Origin: the human T2T-CHM13v2.0 reference genome, Homo sapiens
Reading direction: 5' to 3' (one strand)
DNA: 64,000 bases
Assembly: GCF_009914755.1 (NCBI RefSeq)
Contig: NC_060925.1
Within the stretch, counting starts at the first letter, position 1. Each line of letters begins with the position of its first letter. Positions 26,498-41,830 of the stretch are shown piece by piece. The notes beneath the pieces were generated by a model. The model did not search any database and had not been told where the DNA came from. It was given only the letters and a program-made list of their open reading frames with translations. A program made the translations under genes and the position numbers.

Positions 26498-28065
26498 AAC
26501 CTGTTTGTTAAATTTAAGTTAAGCTAGTTAAGAACTTTACGTAAAGTTCAGGAAAACAGGGCAGATGTGAGATAAAAGTTCCTTTAGTAACTTTTTGTAG
26601 CAACCTACATGTTTCCAGTCAAGAGAAACTGTAAAAATCTTATGACAGGAGAGCTTGTAGAAGTTCTTCCTTTAGTCTAGTTTCTTTTAACATCTGAATT
26701 CTATGGTTAAACTAATTCAGTAAATGTGACAGGTTTCTTTTTCAGATTCAGCAAACTGGCAGCTATTTTGTTAAGTTTTATAGTTATAAATGGCTTGTAA
26801 TTGTCACTTGCATAAGTCTATTTTTAATCCTACAACACATCCGTGATGGCAAAATAGGTGGCCGTTACTATGTGCATCATGGCCAGAGCTGTCCAGGCCG
26901 GTTTTAGCATTTTCCTGGGCATGTCTAGTATAGACTTCAAGGAGTCAGAATTTAAAGACAGGAATTGTAATGCCTCCTAATTGTCAGTTTTTACTGGGTA
27001 TAGGAATAATTATTTTTGTATTCATGTAGTTAATGGTTTTGAATGATTATTACATGTTGAATCAGATGTAAATCTGCTGTTCAAGTGGCTACTAAATAGT
27101 AACTCATGGAGTTACATCATCTGTTTATCTATGTATGTACATTCAACAATATGTCCTTGGTAAAAAGATTAAAAGAGAAAGGTAGGGGGAGAGCACTTCA
27201 ACCAGGGTGGATGATTTTCATCTAATGGGAATGAGCAAAATCCTTGAGTAACATTAGAAGGGAGACATGAATCTGGTCTTCTTATATTGGTCTCCTTTCC
27301 TGTTTGTGCTTTATTATGAGTGGTTGGTCCCTGAATTCAAGGAATTAATTTCAGCTAGGACTTACCAGAAATACCAGCTATTTTTTCCCATGTTGGACAA
27401 AAATCTTAATGTTTTAGATCAGGTATAATTTCCACCATACCACTCTGAAAACTGTCACTTGACACAATTATTTAGAGACCAATTTTAGTTTTATTGAGAT
27501 GACTAGACAATTTTGCATGATGTTTGCTTGGAGTTTATTTCTCTTGACTGTTTTTATTTATAATCAGATGCAGTCTTTTTCATTACATAAGGGATTTGGA
27601 CAAATGGCTTGTTTTTGGTTATTTAATATTAGTATAGGTAGTTTCCCCTTTTTGAAGAGAAGTCAAATGTTTATTAAAAGCTTGTAATTTTCCTCTAAAG
27701 TCAGTGGATGATTTATGAACCAGCTTTACTTTCCTTGAACTCACAAAGCAAGAATTAGCCTGATTGCAAATAAGCAATCTCAGAATGACCACAAGTGTCA
27801 GTGTTTGCCTGCCTTATTTTTCTCCTTCAGTTTTCTTGTGCAGCAGATAGGCATGTTGTTTAAGAATTTCTTTTGACTTGAAAACAAAGCTAAATTTAAG
27901 TGTCTCTTTCAGAACTAATTATAGACACCTTTATCTGTTTTAATTCATGCAAACTATTAACAATGAGCATTTACAATCAGCAGTGATTTGGCAAATACTT
28001 TATTATGCTTGTGTATTCCTTGGTTTTTCTGAGGCACAGCTGTTTCAGTCAGGAATAATACTCTT

Positions 28066-29140
<1,075 letters not shown>

Positions 29141-29361
29141 GCACCTTTGAATAAATTATTTCAGGCAGCTTACTCTCCATTCTCTGCAAACCCAGCATAT
29201 TCTTGATATTTAAAATTATTAACACTATTAATTTATTTAAAGTATAACAAACAATTTGTAAATTCAAGTATATGTAAAATATCGAAACTTAAAATTCTAC
29301 TAAAACTTTGCAAAGAGGCATAGTTACCCTAATATAAATTATTAGTATCAGAAAGTATTTA

Positions 29362-29790
<429 letters not shown>

Positions 29791-29867
29791 TCATGTAGCC
29801 ATCTTCAGTATGATTGGTTATGGCCCGATTAGAAATAGGGACTTCAGTGTAAAGGAACTTTGCGAAG

Positions 29868-30330
29868 TGCCGGGGTCTGACCTACAGAACCAGGCTGCAC
29901 GATGGATGAATAACGTACTCAGACACTGATATTCAGTGAAAGAGCAGGGGGCCACTCACAGAAGGAGTTGTGGCAGCCACGTGCCAACTAACTGGCCTTG
30001 CCGGCATTTATTCAGCACAGATTTAATGACAAAGGCATTGAGTCAACACGTGTGTGGTTAATTAATCTGGTCACCCTCCGCTGGAGAGAGCAGTCCTATG
30101 AATGATCAAAAGCCAGTCTTAGGACCACATGTGTAAACAAGCTCTTTAGATAAACTCCCTTACATTCCTTTTTACCTACTCTGAGCTGTTAACTCAAGGT
30201 AAGAGAATTAGGCTGCTTTCAGCCATAACCCTATCCAGAGGCTTTTGCAAAACCTTCCGGCCTTCCAAGAAGGTTTGCTTTTTTCCTGTAATTTTATAAT
30301 TTCTCCCACCACCCTGACCAAGCCCCTACA
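29868..30330 (-). mobile_element. Solo ERV LTR, LTR22-like (HERV-K HML-5)
   Basis: Minus strand begins TGTAGGGGCTTGGTCAGGGTGGTGGGAGAAATT...CCTTCTTGGAAGGCC and ends ...CCCCGGCA; internal AATAAA; imperfect flanking repeats gcgaag/gcaaac. Confidence 0.8.
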
Positions 30331-31022
30331 GCAAACCCTTACAGCAAAGCAGACAAGAGACATGCCAAGTTTATAGGATTACAGACCAAGAGATAATGTT
30401 TGACTTTTAGGGTTTGATTCTGTGCCCTGCCCCCAACTTCTTAGGCTGTATAAGGGGTTTGCTAACCTTTGGCAAATACATTAAGCATTTTTTATATGCA
30501 AGCTACAAGGGGTTGTGAGATGCATCAATAGGTTCCTTTCTTTGAAGAAACTGATAGCCGTGATGGATACATAGATCATTATAAAGATAGCAAGATAATT
30601 GGAAATAAGTGGTATTTAAATTTTGTCTTTCATATATAAACTCTTAATTGAAATTCATATGGTGTCACTCATTTTCACTGTGTTTTGATACTTTTGTGTT
30701 CCCAATTGAACTTGGTTTGTATTATGTTGTTATTCTTTTGATTTCTCATGCATTTCCTGTATTTTCACCCATTTTAAATAAGATGTGGTCTCATAGAAAA
30801 TAGAATTGCTGAGTTTTAGTGAGCCAAAAAAAGAAAAATGTAGTATTTCTGTTTATATCCTCCATTTATCCTTAATTATTTGCTAATGAACATATTGTAT
30901 ATTTCTTTTTCACTGATTTTCTCTCACCTTTGAGTTTTATATACCCTTTTCTAACTTTTCACAGAATTTATTACTGTCTCCAGAATTTATAACGTTCCAG
31001 AACATTTCAGCTGTCTTACTTG

Positions 31023-31024
<2 letters not shown>

Positions 31025-31072
<48 letters not shown>
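31025..31072 (+). repeat. (GT)24 microsatellite
   Basis: Uninterrupted GT run. Confidence 0.97.
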
Positions 31073-31073
<1 letters not shown>

Positions 31074-32084
31074 GTGGGGCAGTGATGGGTTTCAGGTAGT
31101 TAAGTATACATACAGATTTGTTTCAGTGTAGCTTCCTCAGTCAGTTTATTGAATCATACTAAATGTTTTCTTTTAAAGCTTGTAATGTTGTTACTTATCT
31201 TTCTACATGTATGCCAGTAACTATAATTCTGTGATTCCCAAAACAGCTAAACTAATAACTGATTACAAAGATATACCCTGTGATAGAAGGAACTAGGCAG
31301 GAGAATATGTTTTAATTTACATGGAACAAAAGAAGAGCAAATTTATATGGTATACCATTCTTCTACCTTTGAAGAAACCCATTTTGCATTATGTCTTCAA
31401 ACTTAAATCAGTTAATTGCACATTCAAGGTTGTACTACAGTGGCATTGTTTCTAGTGAAAAGGTATTATTTACATTAGAAAAATGAAATTTCAGAGCAGA
31501 ATTGGACCTTTGAGGTCATCTAAAAATTTATTTTTCTCACTTTATAGGTGAAGTAACTAAGACCCTGAGAGGCAGTGATTTTCTCAAAGTTCCTCACTTT
31601 GTGGCAAGTCAAAGCTGGAACATAGCTCTTAAGACTTACAGATCAACTTTTTTCACGCTGATTAACACTTCTGGTTATTTGGTATATTCTTTTAGTTCAT
31701 GGACCCATATGTTACACAAATGATTATGTGTACCATCTACCTTATCCATGTTTCTCTGCCACTATAAAAATAATTCTGCCAGTTTTAAATGAACATAGTG
31801 GTTTTATTAAACCTCAGAGAGACTTATGACAGAATCATTCATCTGTGCCCTAAGATATGAGATCATTATAGACTTTGATATTAATCCAAGCATTATAGAC
31901 ATGCTTGGATTTTTGCTAATTGCAGTTCTGTGATAAAACATTTCAACTACATTCACATGGATGTCATTTTTTAATCAGTAGGTACGTAAATGAAAAAAGT
32001 TTTTCTAATATGCAAGAGTACCCCTTTTAAAGATTTTGTGATTTGTATCACCTTTTATCTCTTTTGATTCCAATTTGAATTGCT

Positions 32085-32500
32085 ATATTAGTCTGGGTTC
32101 TCTAGAGAAATGAAGCCAATAGAATCTGTTTCTATATCTGTTTATAATTTGTGAAATAAATCTCTATATGTGTATGTACATATACACACATATAGATTTA
32201 GTATATTAGTTATTAGTATTTATTTTACTGGTGGTTTAACACACAAAACATAAGCACACATATGTATATATGGAGATTGTTACAATGAATTGACTCACAC
32301 AGGTATGGAGTCTAAGAAGTCTCAGGATCTGTGTCAGCCAGCTGAGAGTGCATTCTCTTCTAACTCTGCCCTTTTGTAATATTCAGACCATCATTGAATT
32401 TGATGAAGCCTACTCACATTAGGAATGGGAATCTGCTTTACTCAATCTTCCTATTCAAACATTAATCTCATCCAGAAACACCGTCACAAACCCACACAGA
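32085..32500 (-). mobile_element. MLT2-like (ERVL) LTR fragment
   Basis: tattagtctgggttctctagagaaatgaagccaataga and aatctgctttactcaatc...ttaatctcatccagaaacacc. Confidence 0.75.
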
Positions 32501-32504
32501 ATTT

Positions 32505-34590
32505 TTTTTTTGTCCAGCCTATTTCGTTTAGCGTAATGTTTTCAAGGTTCATTTGTGTTGTAGCACGTATTACAATTCCATTCCTTTTTAAGGCTAAATG
32601 ACATCCCATTGTGTATATATATAATTTATCTGTTCATGTGTTGACGTTCATTAGAGTTATTCCTACTTTTTGCCTATTGTGAATAATGCTGCTATGAACT
32701 TGGGTGTAAAAATATCTGTTTAAGTCCGTGATTTCAAATTTTTTTGGATATATATACTCAAACAGAATTGTTGGATCATATGTTAATTCTTTGTTTAATT
32801 TTTGGAGTACCATCATACACTTTTCACAATAGCTGTGCCATTTTATATTCCTGCCAGTCATATGTAAGAATTCCAATTTCTCCATCTTCTCATTTATACT
32901 TGTTACTTTCTTATTTTGTTACTGGATTTTGATAATAACCATTCAAATGTATTTGAAGTAATGTCTTATGGTATTTGATTTGCTGTTCCCTAACGATTAG
33001 TGATGTCTGGTGTATTTTCATGCACTTATTAGCCATCTGTATCTCTGGAGAAATACCTATTCAAATCCTTTGCCCATATTTAAATTGGCTGGTTTGTGTT
33101 TTGTTGTTGTTGAGTTGCAGGAGTTCTTTATATAGTCTGGATATTAATTTCTTATATGTGTGACTTGCAAATATTTTTTCCCTTCCTGTAGGTTGCCTTT
33201 TCACTGTGTTGATATCCTTTGCACAAAAGTTTTAAATTTTGATGGAATCCAGTTTGTTTCTTTTTCCGTTGTCTGTACTTTTGGTTTCATATCCAAGACA
33301 TCAGTGCTAAATTCAGTTTCATGAAGCTTTTCCTCTGTTTTCTTCTAAGAGTTTTATAGTTTTCACTCTTAAGTTTAGTCTTTTGATCCTTTTTGAGTTA
33401 AATTTGTATATAGTTTAAAGTAATGGTCCAACTTCGTCCTTTTGCGTGTGGCTATCCAGTTTCCCCAGCACCATTTGTTGAAAAGGCTGTCCTTTCCTTA
33501 TTGAATGGTCTGGACACCCTTGTCAAAAATTAGTTGACCATATACGTGTGAGGTTATTTCTGGGTATTCTAGTCCATTAATCTGTATGTCTGTCTTTATG
33601 CCTCTTCTGTTTACTGTTGCTTTGCAGTAAGTTTTGAAATCTGGAAGTTTGAGTCCTCCAACTTTGATCTTTTTCACAATGAGTTTGGCTAAGTATTTGA
33701 GGTCCCGTGAGATTCCATGTGACTTTTAGGATGAGTTTTTCTATTTCTGCAAAAATGTTGAGTTTTGATAGGGATTGTGTTGTGCATCTGATAGTATAGA
33801 AATCTTAATATTTTTCTAGTCCCTGAATACAAATGTCTTTCCATTTGTTTGTGTCTTTAATTCTTTTAGCAATATTTTATAGTTTCAGTGTACAAGTCTT
33901 TTGTTTCCTTGGTTAAGTTTATTCCTAAGTATTTCATTCTTTTTAATGCTATTGTAAGTGGAATTGTTTTCTTAATTTACTTTTTGGACCATCTATTGTT
34001 AGTGTATAGAAACACAACTAATTTTTGTGTGTTGATTTTGTATTCTGCAACTTTGCAGAACTTGTCTATTATTAATATAACTTTTTTGGTGTCATTTCTA
34101 GGTTATTTAACATACAAATCTTGTCATCTGCAAACATATTTTACCTCTTCCTTTCCAATTTGAATGCCTTCTGTTTTTCTTGCCTAATTTCTCTGGCTGG
34201 AACTTTCAGTATTATGTTGAATAGAAGTGATGAAAGTGGGCATCCTTGTCTTGTTCCTGATCTTAGGGACAAAGCTTTGTCTTTTACCATTGAGTAAGAT
34301 GTTAGCTGTGGGTTTTTCATATGTATCTTTATTATGTGGAGGACATTGCCTTCCATTCCTAGTTGAATTTTTAAATGTTTTAATGAAAGAGTATTAATTT
34401 TTGTCTTTTTTTTCTACATCATTTGAGATGACCATGAGGGTTTTTCACCTTTATCTGTTAATGTGGTGTATTATTAAATATTAATACATTGATTTTTCAT
34501 ATGTTGAACCACCTTTGCATTCCAAGAATGAATCCCATTAGGTCATGGTATATAATACTTTTAATTTGCTGCTGAATTCAGTTTGCTAGG
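32505..34590 (-). mobile_element. LINE-1 (L1M/L1MB-like) ORF2 3' part and 3'UTR, decayed
   Basis: RT remnant LRSGTRQGCPLSSLLFNIIL (34141-34356) and C-terminal remnants. Confidence 0.9.
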
Positions 34591-34848
34591 TCGTGACTTA
34601 TCCTTACATAAAGAGTGTTAAAAGAAAATTGTTTAACAGTTATTAGTCCAACTTTATTTTGGGCAGTGAGCTGAAAATACACAGACAGAAACACATATGC
34701 ATATTGCAAGTAACTAAATACATATGTAATTGTATTAATAATTTTTTCATTTCATGTATTTATTATCGAGCTCCTTCATTAGATTGCAAGCACCATGAGG
34801 GTAGGGACCTCGTGCTCTTGTTTATATTTCTGCATTTCTGTTTTCTTA

Positions 34849-35189
<341 letters not shown>

Positions 35190-35486
35190 GTGTATGTGCA
35201 AAGAATGAATGTTGTTTAATTCTCTTAATAATCCTGTGTGACAGTTATTTTTGCCATATTCATTTAATAGATAAAGCAGTTTTTACTCAATGTAATACTC
35301 ATGAATCAGTAATCCTAAGGCAAATATATTTGTTTTAATTAGTCAGTGTATAGTGATTAAACACCTGCCATGCACCTGGCTGTATCAAGATTGGAGGAGT
35401 AGTAGTTTCTGATGGGAAGTAAAGTACCTTGCAGTCTGATTGGGGGAAGCAGACAAATAATTAGGGAATTATATAGTATAATGAGG

Positions 35487-35870
35487 TGTTATGGTCTGAA
35501 TGCCTCCCAAAATTTGTGTGTTGAAAATTAATCCCCACTGTGGTGATATTAAGAAGTAGGACCATTTGGAAAGTGATTAAGTCATGAGGGCATGGTCTTT
35601 ACAAATGAATTAATGCCCTGTAAAAGGGCTGGAGGGAATTAGCTTAAATTCTTTTTTGCCCTTCCACCTTCCACCATGTGAAGACACTGTCTGTCCCCTC
35701 CAGAGGATGCAACAATAAGACATCATTTTGGAAGCAGAGAGACACAAAACCTGCAGGTGCCTTGATCTTGGATTTTCCAGCCTTCAGAATTTTGAGAAAT
35801 ATGTTTCTGTTATTTACAAATTGCCCAGTGTGTGGTATTTTGGTATAGTAGCACAAATGTCCTAAGACAT
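35487..35870 (+). mobile_element. MaLR LTR (MLT1A/MST-like)
   Basis: tgttatggtctgaatg...gtgccttgatcttggattttccagcc...ctaagaca. Confidence 0.8.
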
Positions 35871-36526
35871 GATAAAGGTATCCAGAAAATGCCAAAAGGT
35901 CAAAACAAGGGAACATTGGAATTAAGGGAAGAGAGAGAATGAGGAAAGAGAGAAAAAGTTTGTGAAGGGAAGTCTTCAAATCAGAGGTTACAAGGTATTA
36001 GTAGTTAGAAAGCATAGGCTTTGGATTCAAAAAGGCCCAGATCTGTTCTGCTTACTAGGCATGTGACCTGGGCAAGTAACTGGTTTTTGCTTGTTTGTTT
36101 GTTGTAGTTTAATTTTCTCATCGTACAATAGATACAACATCTACCTTAATCAGTTTGTTTAGAGGTTGGGTGATGAGAGAGAACATGTCTCAGCCGTTTA
36201 AGTGGTTACTTCTCTGGAGAGAGTTTCTGGGCTTAGGGAAAGAAAGATAAATTTATTTTTAAATTTTATAGCCCTTTATCTGTATATTTAAAGGGAGGGA
36301 AGTACTATGCTTTATAAGTATGTTAATTGTTTTCTATGTTAGCAACATATCGTATACATATACCTCAAGGTTATAAGAAGTCTTAAAAAAATTGTGCTTA
36401 TTATTTATGTTGAAATGTTTTGCTTCTAAAATCCTTTATGTTTTTTAGCCTCATTGTAATTTGTCCCCAGAATTGCTGTTTCCTTTTTCTACAACAGGTT
36501 TCTCAAAACACTCTTTTAAAAGACTA

Positions 36527-36645
36527 GCTGGACATGGTGGCTCTCTCCTGCAATCCCAGCGCTTTAGGAGGCCAAGGCAGGAGGTTTGCTTGAAGTTTGA
36601 GACCAACTTGTGCAACAAAATGAGGCCTGATCCCTTAAAAAAAAG
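36527..36645 (+). mobile_element. Alu left monomer/FLAM
   Basis: agctggacatggtggctc...ggaggccaaggcaggagg. Confidence 0.75.
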
Positions 36646-36671
36646 ACTCATTCAATGTGTTTAGAAGTTCA

Positions 36672-36967
36672 GGCCGGGCACGATGGCTCATGCCTGTAAT
36701 CCCAGCACTTTGGGAGGCAGAGGCGGGTGGGTCACTTGAGGTCAGGAATTTGAGACCAGCCTGGCCAACATGGTGAAACTCTGTTTCTACTAAAAATACA
36801 AACATTAGCCGGACATTGATGGTGCGCACCTGTAGCCCCAGCTACTTGAGTGGCTCAAGCAGGAGACTCTCGAGCTTGGGAGGCAGAGGTTGCAGTGAGC
36901 CGAGATCACACCACTGCACTCCAGCCTGGGTGACAGAGCAAGACTCCATCTCAAAAAAAAAAAAAAA
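36672..36967 (+). mobile_element. Alu (AluS-like)
   Basis: Full-length with A-tail. Confidence 0.93.
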
Positions 36968-37203
36968 GAAATTCACACACATATTTAAACATTCTAATCT
37001 TTGGGAATTCTAATTATCCAGAATTCATAGGAATAAGTTACTTTTTAAAATAAAGGTAAAAGCATTCAAGGGTATGACTATTATTTAAATAATTTTTAAA
37101 ACATATGTGACTTTTGCCCTTATTAATACAACAGAAAAGTAGATAGGAAACTCCTGGAGTCTGCATATATGTTCTATATATGTTTTCTTCATAAAAACTT
37201 TCA

Positions 37204-37468
37204 GGCCAAGCGTGGTGGTACACACCTGTAATCCTAGCACTTTGGGAGACTTGAGCTCAGGAGTTTGATACCAGCCTGGGCAACATGGCGAAACCCTGTC
37301 TCCACCAAAAAAAAAAAAAACAAAAAACAAAAACTAGCCTGGCATGGTGGTGCGTGCCTGGAGGCTGAGGTGAGAAAACTGCTTAAGCCCCAGAGGTCAA
37401 GGCTGCAGTGAGCCAAGATTGCACCACTGCACTGCAACCTGGGTGAGATCCTGTTTTTTTAAAAAAAA
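37204..37468 (+). mobile_element. Alu (AluJ-like, internally deleted)
   Basis: Dimer with short deletions in both arms. Confidence 0.88.
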
Positions 37469-40400
37469 GTTTTCAATATTTCACTGTTTCAGGTAACATT
37501 TTAAAATTAAATATAATGTATATAGTGTGTTCTTTTTCACTTGCAACAAATATTTTTTTCTGATGGTATTATATATTACGATATCTGTTCCACTTGTTTA
37601 AGCAGCACATACTGGTACTTTGCAAATATCAGAAGATTTTAGATGATCTCATTTGCTAAAATAATGAAAGCAAGGATTGCTTGTAAACAGCATACTTTGT
37701 TTTGTATTTTTATTCTTCGCAAATGTGGTTCTCTCACTGTTTTTCCCTTCTGTGTTAATTCAGTTATTACTTTTCTAGAATGCCTCAAGTCTTGGTGAAA
37801 TTATAATGCTTCTGACTTTTCAAGAGAAAGCAGGTTTTCCTCTCCACTTAGCACAACTTGTCAGCTCTTTTGTTTTTGTGCCGATACCTTTCTTTTCCCC
37901 GCTGGGTAGTGTTTTTTCTTCCAATCCAAATCTTTAAAAATATGGAATTGTCAGTCTGTTCCATATTCCAGATTATTTTTTCTGTTTCTTAATACATTCC
38001 GTGTGTGTGTGTGTGTGCGCGCGTGCGTATAGCCTTTGAAAAATGACTTCACCTTTGTCTCTTCATCTTTAGGGTGGAGGGTGGTGGGGTTGATTTCTGC
38101 ATTCCGTTATGCAGTGACTACTCCACCTTTACTTAAAAATAATGGAAATCAGAGTAGAATGTGCTTTTAGCCTCTTGGGTGGTGTTGGCTGGGGAGTCCT
38201 AGAAATGGCTATAAATTCATGACATGATTTGCAAAGAACTTCCCAGTTTTGTTCCAAGAAGGTCATATTCTACTGTTTTGTCATTAGTCTGTTGTGTGTC
38301 ACAACTGTATAACTCTTTGTATGTGTATTGGCGGGGGTGGGTGTGTATACCAACTCAAAAATTAAAGTTGTACTGTACTGACCTTGGCAACTGAAATTTT
38401 CAGTAAGCCTTGAGAAGACAAAATTAGGTAACATTTTTTTTCTATTGCAACAGACAGGACTTTGATTCAACTGAGGCAAATGAAAGTGTGTGTGGGGTTT
38501 GTAGAGTGCTGAGATGGGAGATTTGACTCATGTAATCAAGAATGGTTAAGGGTAAAGTAGGTCTTGCAGGCCACTAGAAATAGATAGTAGATATTATAAA
38601 GTGTATTATATTCTACCTCTTTTCTTGCGTTATAGCTTAATTCTCTCTTTCTGCCAATGCATTTTCTCCATGAGTCAAGGGTCATCATCATCAGTGATTT
38701 TAGGCTTATTTCCTTGTAGCTAGTGGTTTTAACAGCTAGCTCTAGTCTGTAAAAAATAATCCCAGAGAAGGACTTTTGATTGATGTAGTCTAGGATATAA
38801 ACCTTTCCTAGTGACCAGGGGATAGAGCTTATTGCCAAAAGGGAGTGATTGGGTCATCAAACAAGGATTATTACTAGGGAAACAGAAAATACCCATTATT
38901 GGTATTTAAAAGGATCAAGTTTTGAGCTTATTCAAAAATAGACAAAAATTCCTAAGGGTTACAATTTATAGTGGAAAAGGTTTTTTTTTCCATATTATTT
39001 ACATATGCTTATACCTTTTGCCTGACCCATGTTGTAAAATTCGTACTCTTTGTTATATAATACAGGTGTACAACTAATTCAGTAGTTAATTGGATCACTT
39101 TCGGTTTGTGTAGTTATCTTTATATGCACATAATTTTTATTCTGGTGATTTTGAACTTAGGCCACTCTATTCCAAAAAAAAAGAAGGGCTTTGATTTGAA
39201 TCTAGCCAGACTCATGGTTAAATGTGGACAGAAGATGTCTGCATATATGCCTGCTCATTGTTTTTCTGTCTCATTTTCTATGTATTTCCTCTTAAATCAC
39301 ATCCCCACGAGTCAGTATTTACATACTAGAATAGGTAAGTAATATGATTAGTTTACTCTTATTATATAATGTCTAGTTGATTCTTTATATAGGGGCTAAT
39401 GTTCCTTTTAATGGATTCCTATTTAATGATTATCCGCTGGCTTCTGATTTTTTTAAAAATCTAGGTGCAGTTCAGTTCAACTAGCTGCAGTGCCCAGAGC
39501 CTATTATGCTCCAGGTACTGGAATTACAAAGAATAATAAAAACAGTTATGTCCCCTAACATGAACTTAGAGACAAATATAATCAGAAGGTTCCCCCACAT
39601 CATAATGATGTTAAATATTTGATATGCTCTCCACCTTATGACTCACTTTTTTTTTTACATTTAAAGTTTTACCTGAATGTAATATAACTGGAGGAAAACC
39701 ATATCATAAGTATGCTTGATAAATTTTTACAAACAATACATCTATGAAACCAGCACCCAGAATGACTCAGTAGTAAATACACCAATATATATTAATAACT
39801 AAATGCGCAATAGTGAGAATGTTGGAAAAAGGATATTTTGCTGTCCTCAGGTGTCTTTTTTTTTTTTTTTTTTCCTTCTTGGAGTTTTTGCTACCTACCT
39901 GCTCCTGCGGCTGTTGTTTCTTGTAATAAAGAATGGTTTCTGTGATGTTCTAACTGAATGCTAGGAATACCACTGTATTGAAGTGAAAGTCTTTTTTCTC
40001 CTGTACTCATTTTTATAGTCATTTATTTTTTTAAAAATGCCATGGGATAGCCTGCTATTTCAAACAGTTTTACCACGTTTACCATCTCAAATTTTGAAGA
40101 AAATGTAATGTAATTATAATTAGTATTTAGCAGTATTTCTTTGGAAATGTTTTTTGTGATGCTAATATTGATTTTAATTTTTATATATTTATGTACCTCC
40201 CCTGATAATTTGTCAAATTTCCTTCTGTTATGTACCACTAGTGTAAAGTCTTTATGAATTCATAGTTATGAAATTTACACTTGCAACTTTCTATAAAGAA
40301 AAATGTATTATGAAATATCACTGTGAATATGATTGAAACTTGCACTAAAAACAGACATTTTAAGAATCTTAAGCATTTCAGAGGCATCTATCCTTGAGTA

Positions 40401-41036
40401 TATAATTGATATACTTCAACACTTACCATATTTCCATGTACATCTTACATTTTCAGTAATTATTGAGATTTGTTGTTTAGTTTTTAAGATACTCTCATCT
40501 GCTCTTAATTCAAATGTAACATCTCTTCTTTATAAATGTGATTTTTCCTGAATATTTTAAAGGCATTTAATTATTTGAAATGTTTGTTTTTTAAATACAT
40601 TCCAATATAACATATTTTAGGTTTTTCCAACAGGAGGGTATATATCATTTATTTATTTTGAGATTGTCTAGAGAAAAAAAGATTGACTTGATTTTAGAAC
40701 AGGCAGTGACATTTCTGAGAATATTAAAATTGTCAGCAGTTAAGCAAATCATTTAAAAATATTACATGCTTACAGTAACTACTCTGTAGTAACTAAGTTT
40801 ATTTTATGCTAAAGATGTTTATTATGATCTCATGACTTAATAGCATAAAAGATCAGGAGAGTTTTCATTTTTATTTTTTTCTTAAACTGTAGGTCATAAC
40901 ATGTTCAGTGGAGTAACCAACTGAGTGAGAAAAACAGAACAAGAGACAGAGAGATATGAGATTTCTTTGGAATAATTAAAGTGTTTATTATGTAAAGAAA
41001 CTTTGATCTTATATATCAATTCTTATTCTTTTAAAG

Positions 41037-41094
41037 GAGGGTGCATCTGCCCGGAAGACTCAGACTCCTGCAGCCCAGCCAGTACCAAGACCAG
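41037..41094 (+). CDS. CDC73: CDC73 (parafibromin) internal coding exon, 58 nt (exon 11)
   Basis: ttttaaag|GAG...CCAG|gtagaa encodes EGASARKTQTPAAQPVPRP, matching parafibromin; phase joins the next exon. Confidence 0.96.
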
Positions 41095-41379
41095 GTAGAA
41101 ATATAGAACTTTGCTTTTTGTTTTCTTTCAAAAGATCGTAACAGTGCAAGTTTTTAGTATGCGTATAATGCTTTGAACAAACTTAAATTTTACTTAAAAT
41201 ACATTGCAAAGTCATGTTTCTTTGAAGACTGTCGATACTGTTTAAGCAGATCTCAAAACTGTGATAATATACATAAAATGCTTGCTAAACTTCAGTCAGC
41301 ATCATTAGTAAATCTTCATGTTTTTAGCAGAAAGACATAAATAAAGTGAAAGCATAGTAAATTATTTATTTTCCTATAG

Positions 41380-41830
<451 letters not shown>

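Noticed and set aside
39465-39514. Apparent 50-nt cassette exon (ctag|GTG...CAG|gtactg)
   Set aside because: Poor pyrimidine tract and weak donor; the sequence resembles an L2 3'-end fragment.
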